Assembly: GCF_042660085.1 (NCBI RefSeq)
Contig: NZ_JBHSTI010000008.1
Coordinates: 510,001-542,000, forward strand
Reading direction: 5' to 3'
Source of the DNA: Longivirga aurantiaca
GTDB lineage: Bacteria > Actinomycetota > Actinomycetes > S36-B12 > CAIYMF01
Length of the DNA: 32,000 bases
Of the stretch, positions 13,407 through 22,700 are shown one piece after another. The notes beneath the pieces are model-generated. The model searched no databases and was not told the DNA's origin. It worked only from the letters and a program-made list of their open reading frames with translations. A program made the translations under genes and the position numbers. Positions within the stretch are counted from its first letter, which is position 1. Each line of letters begins with the position of its first letter.

Positions 13407-15902
13407 CTAGAGGGAGCCGACGCGCTGGAGCCAGTTGAAGGACCAGTAGCCGGGGAGGGTCGGCAGCCAGAAGGTGAGCAGCCGGAACAGCAGCGTGGCC
13501 GACACCGCGACGCCGGAGTCGACGCCGGCGGCGGTGAGGCCGAAGACGTACGCCGCCTCCACGGCACCGAGGCCGCCCGGCGTCGGAGCCGCCTGGCCGA
13601 GGGTCGACCCCGCGAGGTAAACCAGCGCGATCGCCGCGTAGTTCATGGGGCCGGAGTCGAACGCCTCGACGCAGGCGATCATGCAGAGGGCGAACGCCGC
13701 GTTGAGCAGCAGGATGCCGCCCATGCCCTCGACGATCTTCCACGGCTGCTGGGTCAGCGTGACCAGGCGGGGACCGACCTCGTTGAAGATCGGCCGCACG
13801 CGGTCGACGAGGATCTTGCGCACCGGCCCGAACATCAGCAGCAGCGCCAGGATCAGAACGACGCCGACGACTGCCCAGATCGCCCAGGCGGGCGGCTGCA
13901 GCTCGATCGAGCTGTTGGTGCCCGCCAGGATTCCGACGATGAACAGCATCGCGATGTGCAGGACGAAGGCGAACACCTGGGATACGCCGACGCTCGCCGC
14001 TGCGAGCGCGGGGTGCAGCCCTGACCGCTGCAGGTAGCGCACGTTCACCGCGACCGCGCCGACCGTGGGCGGCGAGACGAGCGTGGCGAACGCCGCCGCG
14101 AGCTGGGCGGCGAACGTCCGCACGTGCGAGAGCTGCTCGGGCACGAAGCCCGACAGGGACAGGGACGCACCGACGAAGGTCAGGAACGACAGGACGAGCG
14201 CGACGAGCGCCCACCGGAGGTCGGCCTGGCGCACGAGCCCGACGAGGTCGACCTGGGCCAGCTGGCTCAGCAGGACGTAGCCGGCGATGGTGCCCGCCAC
14301 GATCGTGAGCAGCGTGCGCGGCGTGATGCGGCGCAGCTCGATGGGCGGAGTCTCCGCCGCGGACGGCCTCAGCGCCACGAGCTCCTCGCGCACCAGGCCG
14401 AGCAGCTTCTTGTTCTTGCGCACGCGGCGTCGGGTGTCGCTGGAGAGCGCCACGATCTGCAGTGCCGGGAGCGCCCGCAGGATCTTCTCCTCGCCGAACA
14501 CCCGCGCCCCTGCCGCCACGGCCCGGGCCGGGTCGGTCATGAGCGCCGCGGTCGCGAGGATCTCGGCGAGGTCGATGCGCTCGGCGAGGTCGCCGGCCGC
14601 GATCGTGCCGTGCTGCAGGCCCGCGAGCCACACCTGGCCCTCGCGCGGCCGGATGATCTGCTCGGCGGAGAGCGCCCGATGCGCGATGCGGTCGCGGTGC
14701 AGCCGCTGCACCGCCGTGAACGCGGCGTCGAGGTCAGCGTCGGTCAGCACGCCGGGGCCGATCTCGGCCCACGTCGTGCCCGGGATCTGGTCGTACGCGA
14801 GCAGGGTGGAGTCGGGCCCGACCTCGCTCGCGAGGCGCAGCGCGGGCACCGGTGCCCCGGCCGCCGTGCCGGCGTAGGTCATGAGGGCCGCGTGCTCGAG
14901 CTGGGCGCGCATCGAGAAGCCGCCGGGCGAGCCGGGGTCGGTGCGCAGCCTGAGGTTGCGCCAGGCCGCGGCGCCGACGCCCGCGCCCTCGAGGTCGCGG
15001 TCGAAGACGACGACGCGCAGGGGGCTGCCGCTGCGCGTGTACGCCGAGTACTGGCGACCGCGCGCGGTGTGGCGGTCGGCCCGCAGGAGGGTGAGGGGCA
15101 GGCCGGCCCGGTCGAGGACGTCGGCCACCTGGATCCCGCTCGGGCGGGTGGTGGGCGTGCCCAGCGCGTAGCGGGCACCGAGCCCCACGGCCCAGCCGAG
15201 CAGCAGCGACAGCCCGATCACCACGACGGTGGACGATCCGTTCGTGATCGGGCCGACGGACACCGCGACCACCGTGATGACGGCGAACACGCCCCAGCGA
15301 CCGCGGCCGAGCAGGCGCGCCACGGTGATGAACGCGACGAGCCCGACGATGAGCGGGTTGAGCACGAACACCCGCGAGGGCTCGTCCGTGCCGGTGAGCG
15401 CCAGGAGCAGCTTGCTCGAGCCCCACAGCGCGACCAGGGCGGCGATGAGCACGGCGAGGGCGGTGGCCACCACCATCGCGCCGATCGCCTCGACCAGCTG
15501 GCGGCCGCGCTTGCGGACGAGCAGGTCGATGGCGGCGGCGATCGGGAGGCCGAGCAGGCCCAGCGCGCCGATGACGTTGAGCGCGAGCAGCAGGAACGAC
15601 GGCAGCCGCCCGCTCACCTGCGTGACGTCCTCCTCGATGCCCGTGCTGGTGGCGCTGAGGAAGTAGGCCACGGCCACGAGCACGGCCATGCCGAGGATCG
15701 CGAGGCTGAGACGGATCACGTCGGCCGGGCGGCGGACGCGCCGTGGGATCACGCCGTCCTCGATCACGAGGGTGCCGTGGCTGTCGTCGTCGAAGGTCCG
15801 CTCGAGCGGGTAGTCCGGCAGCGACTGGTCCCGGGACGTGGTCACGGGCGCCTCGGGACGGCCGTCGACGGGGTCGACGGACGGACGCGGCTCGACGGAC
15901 AC
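13407..15902 (-). CDS. Large multi-domain membrane protein: N-terminal TM bundle, ~277-aa soluble central domain, C-terminal flippase-like (LPG_synthase_TM / UPF0104-type) domain
   Basis: C-terminal ~831 aa of the 2078-aa track ORF 13407..19643. The last ~306 aa (nt ~13410-14327) have ~8 TM helices and the motif APTPGGLGAVEAAYV typical of the MprF-flippase-like family. The N-terminal region has ~6 hydrophobic helices. Start is uncertain (GTG 15902 or GTG 15845). Everything upstream is antisense to the atl and adnA genes and is rejected. Confidence 0.85.
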   Translation of the reverse strand: MSVEPRPSVDPVDGRPEAPVTTSRDQSLPDYPLERTFDDDSHGTLVIEDGVIPRRVRRPADVIRLSLAILGMAVLVAVAYFLSATSTGIEEDVTQVSGRLPSFLLLALNVIGALGLLGLPIAAAIDLLVRKRGRQLVEAIGAMVVATALAVLIAALVALWGSSKLLLALTGTDEPSRVFVLNPLIVGLVAFITVARLLGRGRWGVFAVITVVAVSVGPITNGSSTVVVIGLSLLLGWAVGLGARYALGTPTTRPSGIQVADVLDRAGLPLTLLRADRHTARGRQYSAYTRSGSPLRVVVFDRDLEGAGVGAAAWRNLRLRTDPGSPGGFSMRAQLEHAALMTYAGTAAGAPVPALRLASEVGPDSTLLAYDQIPGTTWAEIGPGVLTDADLDAAFTAVQRLHRDRIAHRALSAEQIIRPREGQVWLAGLQHGTIAAGDLAERIDLAEILATAALMTDPARAVAAGARVFGEEKILRALPALQIVALSSDTRRRVRKNKKLLGLVREELVALRPSAAETPPIELRRITPRTLLTIVAGTIAGYVLLSQLAQVDLVGLVRQADLRWALVALVLSFLTFVGASLSLSGFVPEQLSHVRTFAAQLAAAFATLVSPPTVGAVAVNVRYLQRSGLHPALAAASVGVSQVFAFVLHIAMLFIVGILAGTNSSIELQPPAWAIWAVVGVVLILALLLMFGPVRKILVDRVRPIFNEVGPRLVTLTQQPWKIVEGMGGILLLNAAFALCMIACVEAFDSGPMNYAAIALVYLAGSTLGQAAPTPGGLGAVEAAYVFGLTAAGVDSGVAVSATLLFRLLTFWLPTLPGYWSFNWLQRVGSL

Positions 15903-15951
15903 GCGACTGATCGTCGCATCCCCCGGAGGTCGAGGTGCACAGGCGGGCAGG

Positions 15952-16338
15952 ATGGCGGGCGTGACGTCGCCCGCTCGGACCCGCCCGCGCGCGGATCCCG
16001 ACACCGCGGCGGGCCTGCCCACGCCGTACGCCGAGGCCGTGCTCGACCTCGTCTCGCGCATCCCCCCGGGCCGGGTGATGGCGTACGGCGACGTCGCCGC
16101 GGCCCTGCAGCGCGGCGGCGGGCCCCGGCAGGTCGGCACGGTCATGGCCCGCTTCGGCTCGGGCGTGCCGTGGCACCGGGTCGTGCGCGCGGACGGCTCC
16201 CCGGCGGTCGGCCACGAGGCCGAGGCCCTGCGACGCCACCGGCGCGAGGGCACCCCGCTGCGGGGCACCCGCATCGACATGGCCCGGGCGCGCTGGGCGC
16301 CCGAGATGTCGCACCCGGGTGATGGGATCGGGGAGTGA
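15952..16338 (+). CDS. Alkyltransferase-like (ATL) protein, MGMT-fold DNA-binding domain with Trp replacing the active-site Cys
   Basis: In track ORF 15838..16338, ATG 15952. Motifs: VMAYGDVAAAL, PRQVG, and PWHRVV instead of the PCHRV of true O6-alkylguanine transferases. It ends ...ARARW like E. coli YbaZ/Atl as I recall it. Its stop overlaps the adnA start (GTGA at 16335-16338). Confidence 0.88.
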   Translation: MAGVTSPARTRPRADPDTAAGLPTPYAEAVLDLVSRIPPGRVMAYGDVAAALQRGGGPRQVGTVMARFGSGVPWHRVVRADGSPAVGHEAEALRRHRREGTPLRGTRIDMARARWAPEMSHPGDGIGE

Positions 16339-19300
16339 CCAGCACCTCCGCCGACGCCGTGCACGCGTCGGACATCCCGAAGCTGGTCCTCGACCGGACG
16401 CCGCCGCTCTCGGCCGCGGCGCCCGCGCTCGACGCCGAGCAGCGCCGGGTCGTGGCGCACCGGGAGGGCCCGCTCCTCGTGCTCGCCGGCCCCGGCACGG
16501 GCAAGACCACGACCCTGGTCGAGGCGATGGTCGCGCGGTTGCAGGGACCGACCGCGGTGCGCGCCGACCAGGTGCTCGGCCTCACGTTCGGCCGCCGCGC
16601 CGCCGGGGAGTGGCGCGAGCGCGTCACCGCCCGCCTCGGTGGCGGGGTCGTCCCCACCGTCACCACGTTCCACTCGTTCGCCTACGCGCTCGTGCGCCAG
16701 GCGGCCGACCCCGAGGCCTTCGCCGAGCCCCTGCGCCTGCTGTCCGGCCCCGAGCAGGAGGCGCGCCTGCGCGAGCTGCTCACGGGTGCCGTCTCGGACG
16801 GGCGCCTCGCCTGGCCCGCCGACCTCGCCGCCGCGCTCGGCACGCGCGGCCTCGCGTCCGAGGTGCGCGCCGTCGTGGCGAAGGCCCGCGCCCTCGGCCT
16901 CGACCCCTGGGACCTCGAGGCGCTGGCCGCCCACGCGGGCAGCGTCGGCCCGGCGTGGAAGGCGGTCGGAGAGTTCCTCGGCGACTACCTCGACGTGCTC
17001 GACGCCGAGGGGGTCACCGACTACACCGAGGTCGTCCACCGGGCCGGGCTGCTCGCGCACGACCCGGACGTGCAGGCCCGGCTGCGGGCGCAGTACTCCG
17101 TGGTGCTGGTCGACGAGTTCCAGGACACCGACCCCGCGCAGGTGCGGCTGCTGCAGGGGCTCGTCGGGCCCTCGACGTCGTTCGTGGTGGTGGGCGATCC
17201 CGACCAGAGCATCTACGCGTTCCGAGGCGCCGACATCGGCGGGATCCTCGGCTTCCGCGAGACCTTCCGAGCCCCCGACGGGTCCGACGCCCCCGTCATC
17301 GTGCTCCGCCGCACCCGCCGCTTCGGGCCGGTGCTGCGCGCGGCCGCCGGGCGGGTGCTGCGCACCACCTCGCTCGCCCCGCTGCCCGCCACGATCGTCT
17401 ACGACCACCGGCACCCGGTCAGCGAGGCACCGGCGTACGGCGAGGGCTCGCTCGAGGTGCGCACCTACGACTCCGAGCACGCCGAGGCCGCGCACGTCGC
17501 CGACCGGCTCCGTCGCGAGCACCTCGAGCGCGGCGTGCCCTGGTCGGACATGGCGGTGCTTGTGCGCAGCGGGCGTCGCTCGATCCCCACGCTGCGACGG
17601 GCGCTGCTCTCCGCCGGCGTCCCGGTCGAGGTGGCGTCCGACGAGGTGCCGCTGCACGACGAGCCCGCCCTCGCGCCGCTCCTCACCCTGCTGCGGGTGG
17701 CGGTCGACCTCGGTCAGCCGCAGGGCCCGCCCGATGCCGGGGCGGTCGACGACGACACGGTCCACACGCTGCTGCTCTCCCCTCTCGGCGACGCCGATCC
17801 GGCCGACGTCCGGCGGCTCGGCGGCGTGCTGCGCCGGCTCGCGCGCGAGGAAGACCCCGACCAGCGGCCCGCACCGTCGGGCGAGCTGCTGCGCCGTCTG
17901 CTCGTCGACCTCGTGGCCGATCCCGCGACCGTCCTGCCCGTGCAGCAGTCGGCGGCGGGCAGGGACGCCCGCGCGCGGCACGCGCAGGAGTGCGTGGTCC
18001 GTGTCGCCCGGCTCCTGCACGCGGCACGCGAGGTCATGGCGAGGCGGGGGAGCACCGAGGAGGTGCTCTGGACCGTCTGGTCCGGCTCGAACGGCCGGGG
18101 CGGGTCGGGATGGCCACGGCGCCTCGAGCAGGCGGCCCTGCGCGGGGGCGACGGCGGTCGCCGTGCCGACTCCGACCTCGACGCGGTCCTCGGGCTCTTC
18201 GCCGCGGCCGAGCGGGCCGAGGACCGGTTCGGCGGACGCCGCGGCGTCGCCAACTTCCTGGCCGAGCTCGACTCGCAGGTGATCCCGGCCGACAGCCTCG
18301 CCGAACGCGGCATCCGCGGGCCTGCCGTCCGGCTGCTCACCGCGCACCGTGCGAAGGGCCTGCAGTGGCGGCTCGTCGTGGTGCCGGGCGTGCAGGAGGG
18401 CGTGTGGCCCGATCTCCGTCGTCGGGGCTCGCTCCTGCAGGCCGACCGCCTCGAGCGCACGGGCCTCGGCGAGGCCGCGCCCCCCGCGGCCCTGCTGGCC
18501 GAGGAGCGGCGGCTCTTCTACGTCGCCTGCACGCGGGCGCAGGAGTCGCTGGTCGTCTCGGCCGTGCGGTCGAGCCACGACGACGGCCCCCAGCCGTCGC
18601 GCCTGCTCGCCGAGCTCGCCGGCGGCGAGGACTCGGTGGCCCACGTCATCGGTCGCCCGGCGCGGCCGCTGTCGGTGAGCGGGCTCGTCGCACAGCTGCG
18701 CGCGACGGCGGTCGACAGCGCGCTGCCGGCCACGTTGCGGGCAGCGGCCACCCGCCGGCTCGCGGCCCTGGCCTCGGCCGCCGACGACGACGGCCGCCCG
18801 CTGGTTCCGGCCGCCCACCCCGACCGCTGGTGGGGCCTGCTCGACCCGACCGAGTCGTCGGAGCCGGTCCGTGAGGCCGACGCTCCGGTCGCGCTGTCCG
18901 GCAGCCAGCTCTCGACCCTCGGGAAGTGCCCGCTGCAGTGGTTCCTCGGGCACGAGACCCACGCCGAGGTGGCGCGCACGACCGCGCTCGGGTTCGGGTC
19001 GGTGGTGCACACGCTCGCCGACGCCGTCGCGCGCGGCGAGCTGCCGCCGGACCTCGCCGTGCTCGAGACCGAGGTCGACCGGATCTGGTCCGCGCTGGGG
19101 TTCGAGGCCACCTGGCAGAGCGAGGGCGAGCGGGTCGAGGCGAGCGAGGCGCTGCGCCGGTTCCTCGACTGGCACGACGGCAGGGACGACCGCACCTTCG
19201 TGGCGAGCGAGCACGAGTTCGACCTGCAGCTGCCCGTCGGCGAGCACGGCGTCCGGGTGCGCGGATCGTTCGACCGGGTCGAGGTCGACGCCGACGGCGC

Positions 19301-19709
19301 CGTGCACGTGGCCGACCTCAAGACCCAGCGCAACCCCGAGACCGGAGACGCCCTCGCCGAGCACATCCAGCTCGGCGTCTACCAGCTCGCGGTGCAGCGC
19401 GGCGCGCTCGACTCGCTGCCGGCCGACGTCCGCGAGCGCGCCGGTCTCCCGGCGCCCGGTGAGTCCGTCCACGTCGCCGGGGCCGAGCTCGTGCTGCTGC
19501 GCGTCGAGCGCAAGCGCACCGGGATGCCGGCGGTGCAGGAGCAGGCGCCGATCGGCGACGGGCCGTCGTGGGTCGACGAGGCGGTCGAGTCGGCCGAGCA
19601 GCGGGTGCGCGCCGAGCTGTTCGTGGCGCGCCCCGGCAGCCACTGCTCGATGTGCGACTTCCGCCGTGCCTGCCCCGCGGTCGACGAAGGCCGGGAGGTG
19701 CTGCCGTGA
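16335..19709 (+). CDS. adnA: AdnA-type helicase-nuclease subunit (UvrD-like motor + C-terminal RecB-family nuclease with Cys cluster)
   Basis: Track ORF 16335..19709 (GTG start). Motifs: Walker A AGPGTGKTTT, VLVDEFQDTD, VVGDPDQSIYAFRGA, TAHRAKGLQW, YVACTRA. The C-terminal nuclease has FDRVEVD...VADLKT and the Cys pattern C-x(n)-C-x2-C-x5-C (CPLQWF ... CSMCDFRRAC). Confidence 0.93.
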   Translation: MTSTSADAVHASDIPKLVLDRTPPLSAAAPALDAEQRRVVAHREGPLLVLAGPGTGKTTTLVEAMVARLQGPTAVRADQVLGLTFGRRAAGEWRERVTARLGGGVVPTVTTFHSFAYALVRQAADPEAFAEPLRLLSGPEQEARLRELLTGAVSDGRLAWPADLAAALGTRGLASEVRAVVAKARALGLDPWDLEALAAHAGSVGPAWKAVGEFLGDYLDVLDAEGVTDYTEVVHRAGLLAHDPDVQARLRAQYSVVLVDEFQDTDPAQVRLLQGLVGPSTSFVVVGDPDQSIYAFRGADIGGILGFRETFRAPDGSDAPVIVLRRTRRFGPVLRAAAGRVLRTTSLAPLPATIVYDHRHPVSEAPAYGEGSLEVRTYDSEHAEAAHVADRLRREHLERGVPWSDMAVLVRSGRRSIPTLRRALLSAGVPVEVASDEVPLHDEPALAPLLTLLRVAVDLGQPQGPPDAGAVDDDTVHTLLLSPLGDADPADVRRLGGVLRRLAREEDPDQRPAPSGELLRRLLVDLVADPATVLPVQQSAAGRDARARHAQECVVRVARLLHAAREVMARRGSTEEVLWTVWSGSNGRGGSGWPRRLEQAALRGGDGGRRADSDLDAVLGLFAAAERAEDRFGGRRGVANFLAELDSQVIPADSLAERGIRGPAVRLLTAHRAKGLQWRLVVVPGVQEGVWPDLRRRGSLLQADRLERTGLGEAAPPAALLAEERRLFYVACTRAQESLVVSAVRSSHDDGPQPSRLLAELAGGEDSVAHVIGRPARPLSVSGLVAQLRATAVDSALPATLRAAATRRLAALASAADDDGRPLVPAAHPDRWWGLLDPTESSEPVREADAPVALSGSQLSTLGKCPLQWFLGHETHAEVARTTALGFGSVVHTLADAVARGELPPDLAVLETEVDRIWSALGFEATWQSEGERVEASEALRRFLDWHDGRDDRTFVASEHEFDLQLPVGEHGVRVRGSFDRVEVDADGAVHVADLKTQRNPETGDALAEHIQLGVYQLAVQRGALDSLPADVRERAGLPAPGESVHVAGAELVLLRVERKRTGMPAVQEQAPIGDGPSWVDEAVESAEQRVRAELFVARPGSHCSMCDFRRACPAVDEGREVLP

Positions 19710-22700
19710 GCAACGTCCCGGTGCGCCCGCGCACCGCCGTCGACGGCTTCGGCGTCCGCGAGCTGAAGGCGCTGCTCGGCGTCCCGTTCAGCGACGAGCA
19801 GATCGCGGCGATCACCGCGCCGCTGTCGCCGTACGTCGTCGTGGCGGGCGCCGGCTCGGGCAAGACCACGGTGATGACGGCACGCGTGGTCTGGCTCGTG
19901 GCGACTGGCCAGGTGCGCGCCGACCAGGTGCTCGGCCTCACCTTCACGAACAAGGCCGCGAGCGAGCTCGCCTCCCGTGTCCGGGACGCTGTGCGCGAGC
20001 TCGCGCAGCAGGAGTCCGGCGACCTGCCTCCGGGCGAGGAGGTCGACCTCGGCGAGCCCGTGATCGCCACCTACCACTCGTTCGCGGGCCGGCTGCTGTC
20101 CGAGCACGGGCTGCGCATCGGGGTCGAGCCGCAGGCGCGGCTGCTCGGCGAGGCGGCGTCGTACCAGCTCGCCCACCGCGTCGTGGTGCGCACCCGGCGC
20201 GACCTCGTGCCGCTCGGCAAGGGCGTCGGCGGCGTGGTCGGCGACCTGCGGGCGCTCGACGGCGAGCTCGCCGAGCACTGCGTGGAGCTCGCCGAGCTCC
20301 GGGCCTGGGACGAGCGGTTCGTCGCCGAGGTCGAGGGCCAGGTCAAGATCATGGCGGGTGCCCGCGACGCCGCTGCGGTGTCGCGCAAACGGATCGAGCT
20401 CGCGCACCTCGTCGAGGAGTACCGCGCCGAGCGCCGCCGGCTCGACGTCGTGGACTTCTCCGACCAGATGCGCTTCGGTGCGCGCCTCGCCGAGGACTGC
20501 CCGGAGGTCGGGGCGGCGCTGCGCGAGCAGTTCGCCGTGGTCCTGCTCGACGAGTACCAGGACACGTCCGTCGCGCAGCGGCGACTGCTCACCGGGCTGT
20601 TCGGCGGCGGTCACCCGGTGACTGCGGTCGGCGACCCGCTCCAGGCCATCTACGGCTGGCGCGGTGCGAGCGTCGCCAACATCGACGACTTCCCCGTGCA
20701 CTTCGCGCCGGCATCGGGCGGTCGGGCGCCCGTGCTGCCGCTCGCGGAGAACCGGCGCTCGGGCAGCAACGTGCTCGACTCCGCCAACCTCGTGGCCGCC
20801 GACCTGCGGGCGCTGCACCCCGAGGTCGCGGCGCTCGTGGCGGCCGACCCCGGCAAGCCGCCGGGCGCGGTGCGGCTCGCCCTGCACCAGACGTACGCCG
20901 AGGAGATCGACTGGCTCGCCGACCAGGTGGTCGGCGAGATCGCGGCGGGCACGGCACCGGGCGACGTGGCGCTGCTGGTGCGCGTCGGGTCCGACCTGCC
21001 GCCGGTGATGGCGGCGCTGGCCGACCGTGGCGTGCCGTTCGAGGTGCGCGGCGTCGACGGCCTCCTCGCGGTGCCCGAGGTGGCGGAGGTGCTCGCCGTC
21101 CTCGACGTGCTGCACGACTCGACCGCCAACCCCGCCCTCGTGCGGCTGCTGGCCGGCCCGCGCTGGCGCATCGGCCCGCGCGACCTCGCGCTGCTCGGCC
21201 GCCGCGCCCGCCAGCTCACCGGTGGACGGGCATGGGGCGAGGCACGCGACCTCCAGCAGCAGCTCGACGACTCCGTGGGCGGCACCGATCCGGCCGACGT
21301 CGTGTCGCTGCTCGACGCGCTCGACGACCCGGGCGACCTGCCGTACGGCAACGACGCGCGGCGCCGGTTCGCCGCACTGTCCGGCGAGATCCGCGCGCTG
21401 CGCCGGCACGTCGGCGACCCGCTGCCCGACCTGGTCCACCGAGTCGTCACGACGACCGGGCTCGACATCGAGCTCGCCGCATCGCCCGAGCTCGTGGTGC
21501 TGCGTAGGGCCGAGGCGCTGGCGTCGTTCGTCGACCTCGTGGCGGCGTTCCAGGACGCCGAGGGCGCGTCGTCGGTCACGGCGTTCCTGTCGTGGCTGCG
21601 CCTCGCCGAGCGCTTCGACAAGGTGCCCGAGCTCGAGCGCACGCCGTCCCGCGACGCCGTGCAGCTCATGACCGTCCACAAGGCCAAGGGCCTCGAGTGG
21701 CCGGTCGTCGTGCTGCCGTCGGTGACGGTCGGCGTGTTCCCCAGCGCGCGGGGCCGGTCGCGCTGGCCGGAGAGCGCCAAGACGCTGCCGTACCCGTTGC
21801 GCGGCGACTCCGCAGCCCTGCCCCGTCTCGACGGGCTGACCAAGAAGGACTTCGACGCGTTCGTCGACTCCTGCCGGGCCGGGGACGAGCTCGAGGAACG
21901 ACGGCTGGCCTACGTCGCGCTGACGCGTGCCAAGCGCCTGCTCGTCGCCTCGTCGTCGTGGTGGGGGCCGCGGCAGAAGAAGGTCCGCGGGCCGTCGCCG
22001 TACCTCGACCTGCTGCGCGAGGCGGCCCTCGACGGCGCGGGCGAGGTGGCCGTGTGGGCCGAGCGCCCCGACGACGACGAGTCCAACCCGGTGCTCGACG
22101 AGGTGGTCGAGGTGCCCTGGCCGGTCGTGCCGGACGCCGCTGCTCTCGCGGCGCGGCGCGCGGCCGCGACCTCCGTGCTCGACGGGCTCGGCACCGACAT
22201 CTCAGCGCTCATGCGCGAGCACGTCGACCTCGCCGTGGTCGAGGGCGTCTCGCCGCTGCTCGGGCTCGATGCCGCCGACCTCGGCACCGTCGTCGGCTGG
22301 GACGACGACATCGCGCTGCTGCTCGAGGAGCGACGCTCCGAGCGATCGGCCACGCGGGTGGTGCCGGTGCCGTCGTCGCTCTCGACGTCGGACCTCGTGC
22401 GGCTCGCGGCCGATCCCGACTCCTTCGCACGGCGCCTCGCTCGCCCCGTGCCGGCCGCGCCGGCGCAGTCCGCCCGCCGCGGCACGCGCTTCCACGCCTG
22501 GGTCGAGGCCCACTACGGCGTGCAGCCGCTCCTCGAGCCCGACGACCTGCCGGGAGCGGCGGACGGCCTCGACGACGACTCCGACGAGGCCCTCGACGCC
22601 ATGCGTGCGGCGTTCCTCGCGAGCCCGTGGGCCTCCCGGACGCCGGTTGGGATCGAGGTCGGGTTCTCGCTCGTCCTCGGTGGCCGTGTCGTCCCGGGCC

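Noticed and set aside
12313-13567. Recurring peptide AMKAGPPxGExGRRPHPVGDFI at the ends of two track ORFs (12313..12687 + and 13322..13567 -)
   Set aside because: I considered a duplicated small peptide gene. The shared peptide is simply the translation of the two inverted repeat copies in one frame. In both cases it is the tail of a frame that overlaps a real gene (moeZ, the membrane protein). There is no start codon or SD of its own.
15903-19643. Upstream ~1250 codons of the 2078-aa minus-strand track ORF (13407..19643)
   Set aside because: It runs antisense to the motif-rich atl and adnA genes. It is dominated by Arg/Gly/Ala/Pro/His runs with no recognisable domain. This is a typical open shadow frame in high-GC DNA. 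Only the C-terminal ~831 aa (membrane protein) look real.
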